A program made the position numbers and the translations under genes. Source: an uncultured Methylomirabilota bacterium (lineage in GTDB: Bacteria > Methylomirabilota > Methylomirabilia > Methylomirabilales > 2-02-FULL-66-22). Taken from it: a DNA stretch of 64,000 bases. The stretch is taken from the NCBI GenBank assembly GCA_963705305.1, contig OY970067.1, positions 5,504,001-5,568,000 of the forward strand, written 5' to 3'. Positions 1-12,086 of the stretch are shown here, in pieces (the stretch's first letter is position 1; each line of letters begins with the position of its first letter). The notes below the pieces were generated by a model, which saw nothing but the letters and a program-made list of their open reading frames with translations, searched no databases and was not told the origin of the DNA.

Positions 1-2
1 AG

Positions 3-296
3 GTGAAGGCCTTCGCCGCGGCGACCGCCAAGGCCGTCAAGTATTCCATCGAGCATCCCGAAGAGACGGCCCAGATCATGGTGCGTTACAACCCGACCCT
101 GGATCTGGACACCACCCTGGCCCAGTGGAAGCAGTCCATCAAGGCCCTGAACACGGCCTATGTCCAGCAGCACGGCTACGGGGTGGCCACCAAGGATCGC
201 CTGCAGCAGACGGTTGACCTCGTGCAGCAGGCCTTCAAGTTGAGCGGCACCCTGACGCCCGACGACATTTACGCCAGCGGACTCGTGAGCCGCTAA
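3..296 (+). CDS. ABC transporter substrate-binding protein, NMT1/THI5-like (C-terminal part, truncated by window edge)
   Basis: C-terminal pattern (YSIEHPEETAQI...GYGVAT...TPDDIY) typical of NMT1/SsuA/TauA binding proteins; next to a NitT/TauT permease and ATPase. Confidence 0.7.
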   Translation: MKAFAAATAKAVKYSIEHPEETAQIMVRYNPTLDLDTTLAQWKQSIKALNTAYVQQHGYGVATKDRLQQTVDLVQQAFKLSGTLTPDDIYASGLVSR

Positions 297-358
297 GCGC
301 GGCCGGATGGCGGGGGCGTCCCTCGACGGGGGCGCTCCCGCACGGCCGTCGCCCTGCT

Positions 359-1135
359 TCAGCGCTTGCGCTGAGACGGGCGCCAGGCTAAGAGCAGCCG
401 CTCCAGCAGGGCCACCACGCCGATCACAACTGTCGTGAACAGGGTGATGGACATGAGGCAGGCGAAGACCAGGGGGGTGTCCAGGTTGAACTGGCCGGAC
501 AGGATCAGGTAGCCCACGCCGCTATTCCCGCCGATGAACTCCCCCACGATGGAACCCACCAGGGCCAGCGGAAAGGCCACCTTCAAGGCGTCCGTGATGT
601 AGGGGACGGCGTTTCGCAATCGGACCTTGGTGAAGATCCGGAATTCATTTCCCCCCGCCAGCCGGGCGAGATCCAGCATGTCCGGCTCGATCTCTCCCAG
701 CCCAGTGATCGAGTTTACGAAGACCGGAAAGAGCGCCAGGAGGAACGCCAGCAGCACCTTGGGCTCCGCCCCCAGGCCGAACCAGATCACGAAGAGCGGC
801 GCAATGGCAATCTTCGGGATGCTGTTGAACGCCGCCAGGGCGGGCAGGACGATCGACTTGACAAGGCGGATGTAGATGACGGCCAGCGCCAGCAGCACGC
901 CGACCACGAGTGCCATGGCGAGCCCCAGGGTGGTGGTCGCCGCGGTCACACCCAGGTGATGCAGCTGGACGAAGAACGTTTGCCAGAACCTCCGCACGAT
1001 CACCGAGGGGACAGGGAGGATGTACTCCGGCATGTGAATCCAACCAGCGCCGAATTGCCAGACCCCGAGAATCACCGCAAAGCCGACGACCGCTTCCCCG
1101 GCCCGGCGGATCCGCTCCAGACGTTCCCGTCGCAT
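359..1135 (-). CDS. NitT/TauT-family ABC transporter permease
   Basis: Hydrophobic helices, 'IPKIAIAPLFVIWFGLG' and 'IVGEF' motifs; start MRRERLE; the longer ORF upstream overlaps the ATPase. Confidence 0.9.
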   Translation of the reverse strand: MRRERLERIRRAGEAVVGFAVILGVWQFGAGWIHMPEYILPVPSVIVRRFWQTFFVQLHHLGVTAATTTLGLAMALVVGVLLALAVIYIRLVKSIVLPALAAFNSIPKIAIAPLFVIWFGLGAEPKVLLAFLLALFPVFVNSITGLGEIEPDMLDLARLAGGNEFRIFTKVRLRNAVPYITDALKVAFPLALVGSIVGEFIGGNSGVGYLILSGQFNLDTPLVFACLMSITLFTTVVIGVVALLERLLLAWRPSQRKR

Positions 1136-1146
1136 CTCCGACCCCC

Positions 1147-1920
1147 CTATTCCACCCACTGCGCCTCGATGTTGTCGCGCACGGCCGCGGTCAGCTCCAC
1201 GAATCGCGCATCCCTGAGAGTCCGGGCATCCCTCGGCCGCGGGAGATCCACCGGGATTGTCGCTTTCACCCGCCCGGGCCGGGCGGTCATCACGATGACG
1301 GTATCCGACAGCAGCACGGCCTCCGTGATACTGTGGGTGACGAACAGGACGGTGTTCTTGCTGACGCTCCAGATCTTCTGGAGCTCGAACCCCATCTTCT
1401 CCCGAGTCAGGATGTCCAGCGCGCCGAAGGGCTCGTCCATGAGGAGAAGCGAAGGGTTGAGCAGCAAAGCCCGGCAGATCGCCACCCGCTGCTGCATCCC
1501 GCCCGAGAGCTCGTGGGGGTACCGCTGCTCGAAGCCCTCCAGGCCCGCCAGATTGATCAGATCGAGCGCCCGCTGGCGAAACCCGTTGGGTCGCTTGCCG
1601 CACATCTCGGCCGGGAAAAGGATATTGTCGAGGGTGTGTCGCCAGGGCAGAAGCACCGGGGTCTGGAAGACCATGCCGACATCACTGATGGGGCCCGTGA
1701 CCTGGGTGCCGCGCAACGACACTTTCCCCGCCGTGGGGCGCACGAGTCCGGAGATCATGCGCAGAGCGGTTGACTTGCCGCACCCGCTGGGGCCCACCAG
1801 GGCGACAAATTCATTGTCCCCCACCTCGAACGACAGCCCTTCCACCGCCACCGCCGTTTCGAAGCTCTTTGTCAAGCCGCGTACCGTCAAGATTGTCGTG
1901 GCTGGCGTCATGATTCCCAT
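1147..1920 (-). CDS. NitT/TauT-family ABC transporter ATP-binding protein
   Basis: Walker A GPSGCGKST, signature LSGGMQQ, Walker B LLLMDEPF, FVTH. Confidence 0.95.
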   Translation of the reverse strand: MGIMTPATTILTVRGLTKSFETAVAVEGLSFEVGDNEFVALVGPSGCGKSTALRMISGLVRPTAGKVSLRGTQVTGPISDVGMVFQTPVLLPWRHTLDNILFPAEMCGKRPNGFRQRALDLINLAGLEGFEQRYPHELSGGMQQRVAICRALLLNPSLLLMDEPFGALDILTREKMGFELQKIWSVSKNTVLFVTHSITEAVLLSDTVIVMTARPGRVKATIPVDLPRPRDARTLRDARFVELTAAVRDNIEAQWVE

Positions 1921-2213
1921 CTCGATCTGTCAGGAGACCGGACGATAAACGGGCTACAGGGCGTTCGGGGACCTGCCGCGGGATCCTGGCGAGTCCGGAC
2001 CAACCAACAGGGTAGGAGGAGGAAATCGCCGCGACCCACCTCGGGGCGTGGCCGCCCTCCACGCGGGGCTCCTTTTTGTAGCGCGAAGAGACCGGCGGCG
2101 TCAAGGGAAAATGCCGGCTAGGACGCGTGCGGCGCCCTCTCACTCTCCCTGTCTCGCCGGATCCGTCGTGAGGAGATCTGCCCGGTCAGGCAGCGTCCTC
2201 GGCGACTTTGCCC

Positions 2214-2242
2214 TTGACACCTCCACGTATGCCGAATACCAT
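2214..2242 (+). promoter_or_regulatory. sigma70-type promoter for the ABC operon
   Basis: TTGACA-17 bp-TACCAT. Confidence 0.7.
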
Positions 2243-2271
2243 CCGCCCGCCTCTATTTGCTTGTCTTTTCG

Positions 2272-2445
2272 ACCCCCGGCGGGAGTGCGCCGGGGTGGAA
2301 GCCCGCAGCCCAGAGGCCCATGGGTGCATCGGGCAGCCGGGTCAGGCGGATCTCGAGGTCGGCTGGACACAGGTCTCGCGATGCTGCCCACGGCGGGGCG
2401 CGCATTCCTCGCGCCCGCGGTGAGAGTGCGCGACCAGAGGCCTTC
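2272..2445 (+). ncRNA. structured 5' leader, candidate cis-regulatory RNA (unassigned)
   Basis: Perfect 8-bp hairpin at 2274-2295, further stems, and twice-occurring GAGTGCGC...CCAGAGGCC motifs between the promoter and the ATG at 2462. Confidence 0.35.
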
Positions 2446-2461
2446 ACGAGGAGGGAGAGCC

Positions 2462-3433
2462 ATGCGCGTCAGGATGCACTGGATCGTGGGATTACTGGTG
2501 TTAGGAGTCTTCCTGGCCGGGTCGGCATCCGCGGCCGAGCCTATCAAGCTGGGGATGTCTACCTGGCTGGGCTATGCGCCGCTCTACCTGGCCAAAGAGA
2601 AGGGATTCTTCACAAAGCAGGGCATTGATGTCGAGATCGTGGTAATCGAGAGCCCGGCCGATCGGCGGGCGGCCTTTGCGGCCGACAAGATTCAGGGAAT
2701 GGCCACCACCGTGGACACCCACGTGATGACCGCGGCGGCCGAGAATCCCATCCCGCTCAAGCAGGTCCTGGCCATGGACGACTCCCACGGCGGAGACGGC
2801 ATGGTGGCCAAGAATGAGATCAAGACGCTCCAGGACCTGAAGGGGAAGACCGTGGCGGCCCAGCTCGGGGCCGGGGCGAGCTACTTCTGGCTCAATTACG
2901 TCCTGTCCCAGAACGGCATGAAGCTCTCCGACCTGAAGATGGTGGACATGAAGGCCGGGGACGCGGGGGCCGCCTTCGTGGCCGGCAAGGTCGATGCCGC
3001 CGTGACCTGGGAGCCCTGGCTCTCCCGCGCCAAGGCCACGACCTTCGGCCACGTGCTGCTCTCCAGCGACCAGACCCCCGGCATCATCGTGGACTCGCTG
3101 GCCTTCAAGCCCGCCTACCTGGCCAAGCACAAGGCCGAGGTGAAGAAGATCGTCGCCGGCTGGAACGAGGCGGTTGAGTTCGCCAACCAGCATCCCGCCG
3201 AGGCGGACGCGATCATGGCCAAGTTCGCCAACGAGAAGCCCGAGGAGTTCACCAAGGAGAAGACCGGGGTCCGCTTCTACGGGGAGAAGGAGAACAAGGA
3301 GTACTTCGGGACCCCCGCCAAGCCCGGCCTGCTCTACACGGTGACCCAGCGGGCGGCCGACCTCTGGTACGAACTGAAGCTGATCAAGACCAAGCCCAAA
3401 GCCGCCAGCCTGATCGACGGCTCGTTCCTCTAA
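2462..3433 (+). CDS. ABC transporter substrate-binding protein (SsuA/TauA-like)
   Basis: Signal peptide, 'STWLGYAPLYLA', 'DDSHGGDG' and 'AAVTWEPW'; RBS GGAGGGAG. Confidence 0.9.
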   Translation: MRVRMHWIVGLLVLGVFLAGSASAAEPIKLGMSTWLGYAPLYLAKEKGFFTKQGIDVEIVVIESPADRRAAFAADKIQGMATTVDTHVMTAAAENPIPLKQVLAMDDSHGGDGMVAKNEIKTLQDLKGKTVAAQLGAGASYFWLNYVLSQNGMKLSDLKMVDMKAGDAGAAFVAGKVDAAVTWEPWLSRAKATTFGHVLLSSDQTPGIIVDSLAFKPAYLAKHKAEVKKIVAGWNEAVEFANQHPAEADAIMAKFANEKPEEFTKEKTGVRFYGEKENKEYFGTPAKPGLLYTVTQRAADLWYELKLIKTKPKAASLIDGSFL

Positions 3434-3446
3434 TCAACTCGCACTG

Positions 3447-3481
3447 CCAGGGGACGGACGGCGAGGTTGTCCGTCCCCTGG
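3447..3481 (+). terminator. intra-operon hairpin after the binding-protein gene (mRNA stabiliser or partial terminator)
   Basis: CCAGGGGACGGAC...GTCCGTCCCCTGG 13-bp inverted repeat. Confidence 0.55.
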
Positions 3482-3508
3482 TGTTCATTCCTCGCATCTC
3501 GGACAGCC

Positions 3509-4336
3509 ATGAGCCCCGCCCCCGAGCGCCAGCCCGAGCAGCCCTCCCGCCGGCTCGCCGATTTCTTGAGCCCTCGGGAATCTCTGCCGTCGGGCCTGTA
3601 TCTCCTGCTCAGCCTGGGCAGCTTCGCCCTCCTACTGGTGATCTGGTCCATACTCACCTATGGCGGCCTTGTGGATCCGCTGTTTCTGCCCTCCCCCGGA
3701 CGGGTCTTCGAGTCCGGCCGCGACCTGTTCTTCGACCTCGGGTTCACCTACGACATCCTGAACAGCACCTACCGGGTGTTCGTGGGCTTCCTGGCGGCCG
3801 CCATCCTGGGGGTCCCCCTGGGGTTGCTCATGGGGACGTTCAAGGCCGCAGAGGCCGTGACAGAGCCCATCATCGGCTTCATCCGCTACATGCCCGCCTC
3901 CGCGTTCATCCCCCTTTTCATCCTCTGGCTGGGCATCGGCGACGTCGAAAAGATCGCCATCATCTTCGTGGGGAGCTTCTTCCAGCTGGTCCTCATGGTG
4001 GCGGTGGTGGCCAAGAACGTCCAGTCGGACATGCTGGAGACCGCCTACACCCTGGGCGCCGGGCGGTTTCAGGTCATCCGCAAGGTGCTTTTGCCGGCCA
4101 GCCTGCCGGGGATTCTGGACACCCTGCGGATCATCATCGGGTGGGCCTGGACCTACATCATCGTGGCCGAGCTGGTGGCCTCGGCCTCGGGCATCGGCTA
4201 CATGATCATCAGCGCCCAGCGCATGCTCCGCACGGGCAGCATCATCTTCGGGATTTTGACCATCGGCGTGATGGGGCTGATCACGGACTATTTTTTCAAG
4301 TGGCCGTATCGCAGGCTGTTCCCCTGGGTGGAGTAG
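3509..4336 (+). CDS. ABC transporter permease
   Basis: 'FLPSP', 'RYMPASAFIPLFILWLGIG', EAA-like loop 'ETAYTLGA', 'IVAEL'. Confidence 0.93.
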   Translation: MSPAPERQPEQPSRRLADFLSPRESLPSGLYLLLSLGSFALLLVIWSILTYGGLVDPLFLPSPGRVFESGRDLFFDLGFTYDILNSTYRVFVGFLAAAILGVPLGLLMGTFKAAEAVTEPIIGFIRYMPASAFIPLFILWLGIGDVEKIAIIFVGSFFQLVLMVAVVAKNVQSDMLETAYTLGAGRFQVIRKVLLPASLPGILDTLRIIIGWAWTYIIVAELVASASGIGYMIISAQRMLRTGSIIFGILTIGVMGLITDYFFKWPYRRLFPWVE

Positions 4337-4339
4337 GCG

Positions 4340-5122
4340 GTGGACGAGCCGGTCAAGCTGCACATCCAGCAGGTGTCCAAGACATACCGCGCGGACGGGC
4401 ACGAGACCCGGGCCATCGACGAGGTCAGCCTGGCCATCCGCAACAAGGAGTTCGCCACCATCCTGGGGCCCTCGGGGTGCGGCAAGTCCACCCTCCTCCG
4501 GATCGTGGCCGGCCTGGTCAGGCCCAGCCACGGCACCATTCGCCTGGACGGCCAGACGATCGAGAGGCCCGGCCGGGATCGCGGGATGGTGTTCCAGAGC
4601 TACACGCTGTTTCCCTGGCTCACGGTGCAGCAGAATATCCAGTTCGGGCTGGAACTCTCCGACGTGCCCCGGGCCGAGCAGGAGCGGATCGCCCTGGAGT
4701 TCGTCGAGAAGGTGGGGCTCAAGGGCTTCGAGCAGGCGTACCCCAAGCGGCTCTCCGGGGGGATGAAGCAGCGGGTGGCCATCGCCCGCGCCCTCGCCAA
4801 CAACCCCGCCATCCTGCTGCTGGACGAGCCGTTCGGGGCGCTGGACGCCCAGACCCGCTCGCTCATGCAAGAGCTCCTCACCCAGGTGTGGGAGGAGCTG
4901 CACAAGACCATCCTCTTCGTGACGCACGACGTGGAGGAGGCGATCTTCCTGTCCGATCGCGTCTTCGTCATGACCGCCAGGCCCGGCCGGATCAAGGCCG
5001 AGATCGCGATCCCCCTTCCCCGCCCCCGCAACTACGAGCTAAAGACCACCGAGACCTTCCTGCGCATGAAGAACCAGGCCCTCGCCCTCATTCGCGAAGA
5101 AGCCATCAAGGCCATCCAGTGA
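4340..5122 (+). CDS. ABC transporter ATP-binding protein
   Basis: GPSGCGKST, LSGGMKQ, LLLDEPF. Confidence 0.95.
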   Translation: MDEPVKLHIQQVSKTYRADGHETRAIDEVSLAIRNKEFATILGPSGCGKSTLLRIVAGLVRPSHGTIRLDGQTIERPGRDRGMVFQSYTLFPWLTVQQNIQFGLELSDVPRAEQERIALEFVEKVGLKGFEQAYPKRLSGGMKQRVAIARALANNPAILLLDEPFGALDAQTRSLMQELLTQVWEELHKTILFVTHDVEEAIFLSDRVFVMTARPGRIKAEIAIPLPRPRNYELKTTETFLRMKNQALALIREEAIKAIQ

Positions 5123-5372
5123 TCCCCGCCGGCCCCCTGAGGCTGGACTGCCGGCGGCGCCTCCTCCGCCGCCGCGGCCGAGCGGCATCCGCGCCCATCC
5201 GGCGATTTCAGTTGACGCGGTCCGGCATGATGGTACCATCCATTCGGCATCAGCGCCTCCCAGGCCTCCCCGGGCGCGGTGGGTGCTCGAGTGAATCCAT
5301 GCGAGCGTCGGAGCCGCCGCGCGGGTGTGAAGCCCCGAAAACGGCTTGACGAGTTCCGGGAGAGTTGATCCC

Positions 5373-7046
5373 ATGGACGCTCCCAGATCCGTCGTCTTCA
5401 GAATCGCAACCAAGCCCTCCGAATTCGAGCAGATCCACCGGCTGAACTACAAGACCTTCGTCCAAGAGATCCCCCAGCACACTCCCAATCCCGACGGACG
5501 GCTCGTGGACCCGTTCCACGATGAGAACACTTACTTCATCTGCCTGGACGGACCCCGCCTCGTCGGGATGATCGCCCTGCGGGGAAACCGCCCCTTCTCG
5601 CTGGACAGGAAGCTGGCCGACCTGGACAGCTATCTCCCTCCCGGCCGGTCCGTGTGCGAGATCCGCCTCCTGGCCGTGGAGCCAGCATACCGGAACGGGA
5701 TCGTCTTTCGCGGACTGGTGGATCTTTTGGCGCGGCACGGCCGCCAGCTCGGCTACGACCTTGCCGTCATCTCCGGAACCGTCCACCAGCAGAAGCTGTA
5801 TCGGCACCTCGGCTTCGTGCCCTTCGGACCCCTCGTGGGATCGGGGGAGGCTCGCTTCCAGCCCATGCAGCTGACGCTGGAGGCGTTCATGCAGCGCGCC
5901 GTGGCCTTCCGGGACTCCTCCCTGGACCGGCGGCCGCCCGACCGGGCGGCCAATTTCCTGCCCGGTCCCGTCAGCATCGCCCGTCCGGTGCGCCAGGCGC
6001 TCAACGCGCTGCCCGTTTCGCACCGCTCGGAGGAGTTCGCCCGCGACTTCCAGGAGACCCGCGCGGAGCTCAGCGCCCTGCTGGGCTGTCGCCGCGTGGA
6101 GATCCTGATGGGCTCCGGCACGGTCGCCAACGACGCCGTGGCGGCCCAGCTGTCCCTCCAGGCCAGCCGGGGAATCATCCTGGCCAACGGCGAGTTCGGC
6201 TACCGGCTGGCGGATCACGCCAATCGCTTCGGGCTTCGCTGCGACCTCGTGGAGGCCGGGTGGGGAGAGATCTTCGATCCCAGGCAGATCGAGTCGCTGC
6301 TGGCAAAAGGGGGGGCGGGGTGGCTGTGGGCGGTCCACTGCGAGACCTCCACGGGGATTCTCAACGACATCGCCCTGCTGCGGGAGGTCTGCAGGCGCCG
6401 CAGGGTCCACCTCTGCTTGGACTGCGTCAGCTCTATGGGAACGGTGCCGGTGGATTTGCGGGACATCTACCTCGCCTCGGGTGTGAGCGGCAAGGGTCTC
6501 GGAGCGTATCCGGGCCTGGCGCTGGTCTGCTACAACCACGCCATCGCCCCGTCCCCCCGGGCCCTGCCCAGGTACCTGGATCTCGGTCTGTACGCCGCCT
6601 GCGACGGGATCCCGTTCACCATCTCATCGAACCTGGTATCCGCCCTCCAGGCGGCCGTGCAGCGTGTTCGCTCTGCCCCGCCGTTCGAGGCATTGCGGCA
6701 GACGGCACTCTCGCTGCGCACCCGTCTCCGGGAGCTGGGCTTCTCCATCATTGGGCCGGACACCCACGCCTCGCCCGGGGTGGTCACGATCGCCCTGCCC
6801 CCCCATTTGCAGTCGGAGGAGATCGGCCGCGCCCTGCAGGACGCCGGATTCCTGCTGAGTTACCGCAGCAGCTACCTCCTCGCCCGCAACTGGATTCAGA
6901 TCGGCCTCATGGGCGAGTTCCCCAACGATCGACTGGCCCCGCTGCTCGCGTGCCTGATGGAGCTTTGCCCCCTCTCCTCCGCCTCGCAGCCCCCGTCGCG
7001 CGCGCCCCGCCCCTCTCTGCCCGCCCCGGCCAATCCACGCCCTTGA
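5373..7046 (+). CDS. GNAT/N-acyltransferase-like domain fused to a class V PLP aminotransferase
   Basis: N-terminal 'IHRLNYKTFVQEIPQH...CEIRLLAVE'; C-terminal 'FLPGPV', 'VHCETSTG', 'DCVSS', 'SGKGL' (PLP Lys). Confidence 0.85.
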   Translation: MDAPRSVVFRIATKPSEFEQIHRLNYKTFVQEIPQHTPNPDGRLVDPFHDENTYFICLDGPRLVGMIALRGNRPFSLDRKLADLDSYLPPGRSVCEIRLLAVEPAYRNGIVFRGLVDLLARHGRQLGYDLAVISGTVHQQKLYRHLGFVPFGPLVGSGEARFQPMQLTLEAFMQRAVAFRDSSLDRRPPDRAANFLPGPVSIARPVRQALNALPVSHRSEEFARDFQETRAELSALLGCRRVEILMGSGTVANDAVAAQLSLQASRGIILANGEFGYRLADHANRFGLRCDLVEAGWGEIFDPRQIESLLAKGGAGWLWAVHCETSTGILNDIALLREVCRRRRVHLCLDCVSSMGTVPVDLRDIYLASGVSGKGLGAYPGLALVCYNHAIAPSPRALPRYLDLGLYAACDGIPFTISSNLVSALQAAVQRVRSAPPFEALRQTALSLRTRLRELGFSIIGPDTHASPGVVTIALPPHLQSEEIGRALQDAGFLLSYRSSYLLARNWIQIGLMGEFPNDRLAPLLACLMELCPLSSASQPPSRAPRPSLPAPANPRP

Positions 7047-7064
7047 AAGCCGGGCGCCGGCCCC

Positions 7065-7265
7065 TCAGGCGGGGCCTGCCTCCTCCGGCGGCTTGACCCG
7101 CCGAAAGCCGGCAAGCAGTCCCAGGTCGTAGACGATCTTCAGGCCGCCGGCCAGGAAGCCGTAGCCGAACATCCGGGCCATGCGGGCCGCGAACAGCAGA
7201 CGGGCGTCCCGATCCAGGTCGCGCAGGGTGGGGGGAATGAGAAAGGGTCTGGAGAGCGGCGTCAC
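7065..7265 (-). pseudogene. MFS transporter relic (N- and C-termini joined, middle deleted)
   Basis: 'DARLLFAARMARMFGYGFLA' (MFS first helix) runs directly into 'GGLKIVYDLGLLAGFRRVKPPEE*' (MFS C-terminus). Confidence 0.65.
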
Positions 7266-7280
7266 CGTGTCACCGCGTCT

Positions 7281-7476
7281 AACAGGCTGCTGAAAAAGCC
7301 CCATCTGCGGAGACCCATCTTTCGGACGGGTGCCCCCCGTTCCCGCGGCGCTGCAGCGTACGGTCTAAGTACGCCTCCGACCCACCTGCGGTGGGTGCCC
7401 CGCGGATCACGTGGCGCCTTGCATCTGAGCCTTTTTGAGCAGCCTGACCCAACATGAGTTTTTCAGCATTCTGCTA
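7281..7476 (+). repeat. MITE-like dispersed repeat, copy 1
   Basis: Ends AACAGGCTGCTGAAAAA / TTTTTCAGCATTCTGCT, inner CTTTTTGAGCAGCCTG, central CGTAC...GTACG hairpin; related copies at 7640, 12734 and 13805. Confidence 0.8.
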
Positions 7477-7639
7477 AGCGCGCCCGCGGACCTCGCCCCG
7501 CAAGTTCGGAATCCCGGCAGGCGTGTCGATGGCCATACCTCCGGGGACTGTGGCGCGCTGCGAGATGTATGGATCCGACCGCCCGAACGGGACGGCGGCC
7601 CGGCCGGAGCCGGCCGGGCCGCCGCCGGTTCACCCTTTC

Positions 7640-7820
7640 AGCGGGATGCTGAAATACCCACTTTCCCCGGGCTGGTCAAAAAGGTCCAGATGCAACGCGG
7701 CGCGCGATGGGCGGGGCACCCGCCGCAGGCGGGTCAAGGCGTACTTCTGGTACGCCGCAGCGAGTGCCCGAGCGGGCGGGGTACCCGTCCGAAGGATGGG
7801 TCCCAGCAGGTGGGCCTTCT

Positions 7821-7833
<13 letters not shown>
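7640..7833 (-). repeat. MITE-like dispersed repeat, copy 2 (supplies the acnA stop codon)
   Basis: Same architecture as copy 1 in reverse orientation. Confidence 0.8.
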
Positions 7834-10526
<2,693 letters not shown>

Positions 10527-10643
10527 GGCTTCCCCCGCCTCCTCTGTGCGCCCTGTCCCGGACGCGACTTCACGATGGATGTGTCGCCGGCGCCCCGGTC
10601 CACTCCGGTCCACGGCGGCCCCGAGATCATAATCCAGCAGGCG

Positions 10644-12086
10644 TCATCGAACAAGCCGGCGCGCGGCGCCTCCCGCGTCATCCCCCGCCGTGACGGCCGT
10701 CCCTTCCGCGGAGAGAAACCGCGCCACGCGGGCTTCCACCTCAGGGTGGTCCACGTACCCGTTGTGGCGAGAGCAGACCGTCAGTGTGCTCAGCCCCGGC
10801 GAGGCCGGCAGGTCCAGGGCGCTGGCAGACGTCACGATCCCGTCGCCCGGAGCCACGGCGCGCGCATAGAATGGATCGCCTGCCTGGTTGCGGGCGGGGA
10901 ACTTCAGCCCCCCATCCGTCACGACCGCGCCCACCGGGGTCGGCCAGCAGTCGCTCCCCACCAGGAGACGCGGAACGGCCTCCTCCGCCGCATCCGGGCC
11001 GGCAAGGGCCTGCTGGAGCTTCCCAGCCCGCTCCAGCATGGCCGACGCAAAGCGGACCTGGTCGGGTCCGTCATCCTCCCCGGGGAGCCAGCCCCGATCG
11101 ATCCAGGTCCGAAGCTGGAACAGCGGCACGCGCGCGGCCCGGCCATCCGTCACCAGGACGGAGACCTGCCCGTCCGGTCCGGCGAACGGCAGCAGCTCCC
11201 ACGCCATCGGCATGGAGAAGACCGCTCGCCGCAGGCCCAGCTCGAAGATGCCGAACAGCCGGAAATCCTCGGTCAGCGCCTGGAGGGCTAGAGCGGATCC
11301 GCGATTGGGCGCCCCCAGGGTAACCAATCCCGCCACCGATCGGGCACCCGGCTGATTGAGGGAGGCGGCCGGCGCCCCCTGAGCCAGCGGACAGCTCCGC
11401 CCGTCCAGCACATCCTCTCCGCCGTAGCGCAGGTAGTATCGGGCCACCAGCCCTCCCAGGCTGTGACCGACCACCAGCACGCGGGGCGCCCCGGCCGTCT
11501 CGCGGATGCGGGCGATCTCCTCCGCGACCACACAGGCGCTCGCCGCCAGGTCGCGCCGCCAGTCGTAGTACAGCACGAACAGCGAGGCCGGGCGGGCCCG
11601 GTCGTGACGCTCTGCCTCGGGGTTTTCCGGATAGTCCTTGTCCCGGGGATTGTCCGGATTGCCGCGAACGTATCCCTGGTCGCGGATGAGCCGGTTGATG
11701 AGGGGCTGAAGTCCGCGGACGTTGGTCCCGCGCAGCGCGGCATTCAGACGCGGGGGGATGCCCAGCGGGTCCGCCCCACCCGCGGGAAATCGCGGATCAC
11801 CGAGATGCGCCAGCGCCTCGCCGTCCGTCCGGAGCGCGAGCGCCGAGAAGGATGCGAACGAGCCGCCGCGCAGGACATGGCCGACCTCGCGATTCACGCC
11901 GGGCAGCAGGACGATCGGCGCTCGTTTCAGGCCCGGCGGCCATTGCGCCTCCCGTTCCGGCCCCTGGCCCGGCCGATGGCCGCAGCCGCAGAAGAGCGCC
12001 ACGAGGCCGAGGACGGCCAGGAATCCTCCCGCGCGTGCCCCCTGCCGGAAGCGGCACCCAGCCTCCCGTTCAGTCCCTCCCCGCAT
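10644..12086 (-). CDS. alpha/beta hydrolase (LCAT/lipase-like), probable lipoprotein
   Basis: 'YYDWRR', GHSLGG nucleophile elbow, 'GAPNRGS', 'PGDGIV'; hydrophobic signal ending in Cys. Confidence 0.8.
   Translation of the reverse strand: MRGGTEREAGCRFRQGARAGGFLAVLGLVALFCGCGHRPGQGPEREAQWPPGLKRAPIVLLPGVNREVGHVLRGGSFASFSALALRTDGEALAHLGDPRFPAGGADPLGIPPRLNAALRGTNVRGLQPLINRLIRDQGYVRGNPDNPRDKDYPENPEAERHDRARPASLFVLYYDWRRDLAASACVVAEEIARIRETAGAPRVLVVGHSLGGLVARYYLRYGGEDVLDGRSCPLAQGAPAASLNQPGARSVAGLVTLGAPNRGSALALQALTEDFRLFGIFELGLRRAVFSMPMAWELLPFAGPDGQVSVLVTDGRAARVPLFQLRTWIDRGWLPGEDDGPDQVRFASAMLERAGKLQQALAGPDAAEEAVPRLLVGSDCWPTPVGAVVTDGGLKFPARNQAGDPFYARAVAPGDGIVTSASALDLPASPGLSTLTVCSRHNGYVDHPEVEARVARFLSAEGTAVTAGDDAGGAARRLVR

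Noticed and set aside
2272..2445. Assignment to guanidine-I/III, SAM or TPP riboswitch classes
   Set aside because: Only fragmentary resemblance; the core consensus elements were not found, so it is left unassigned.
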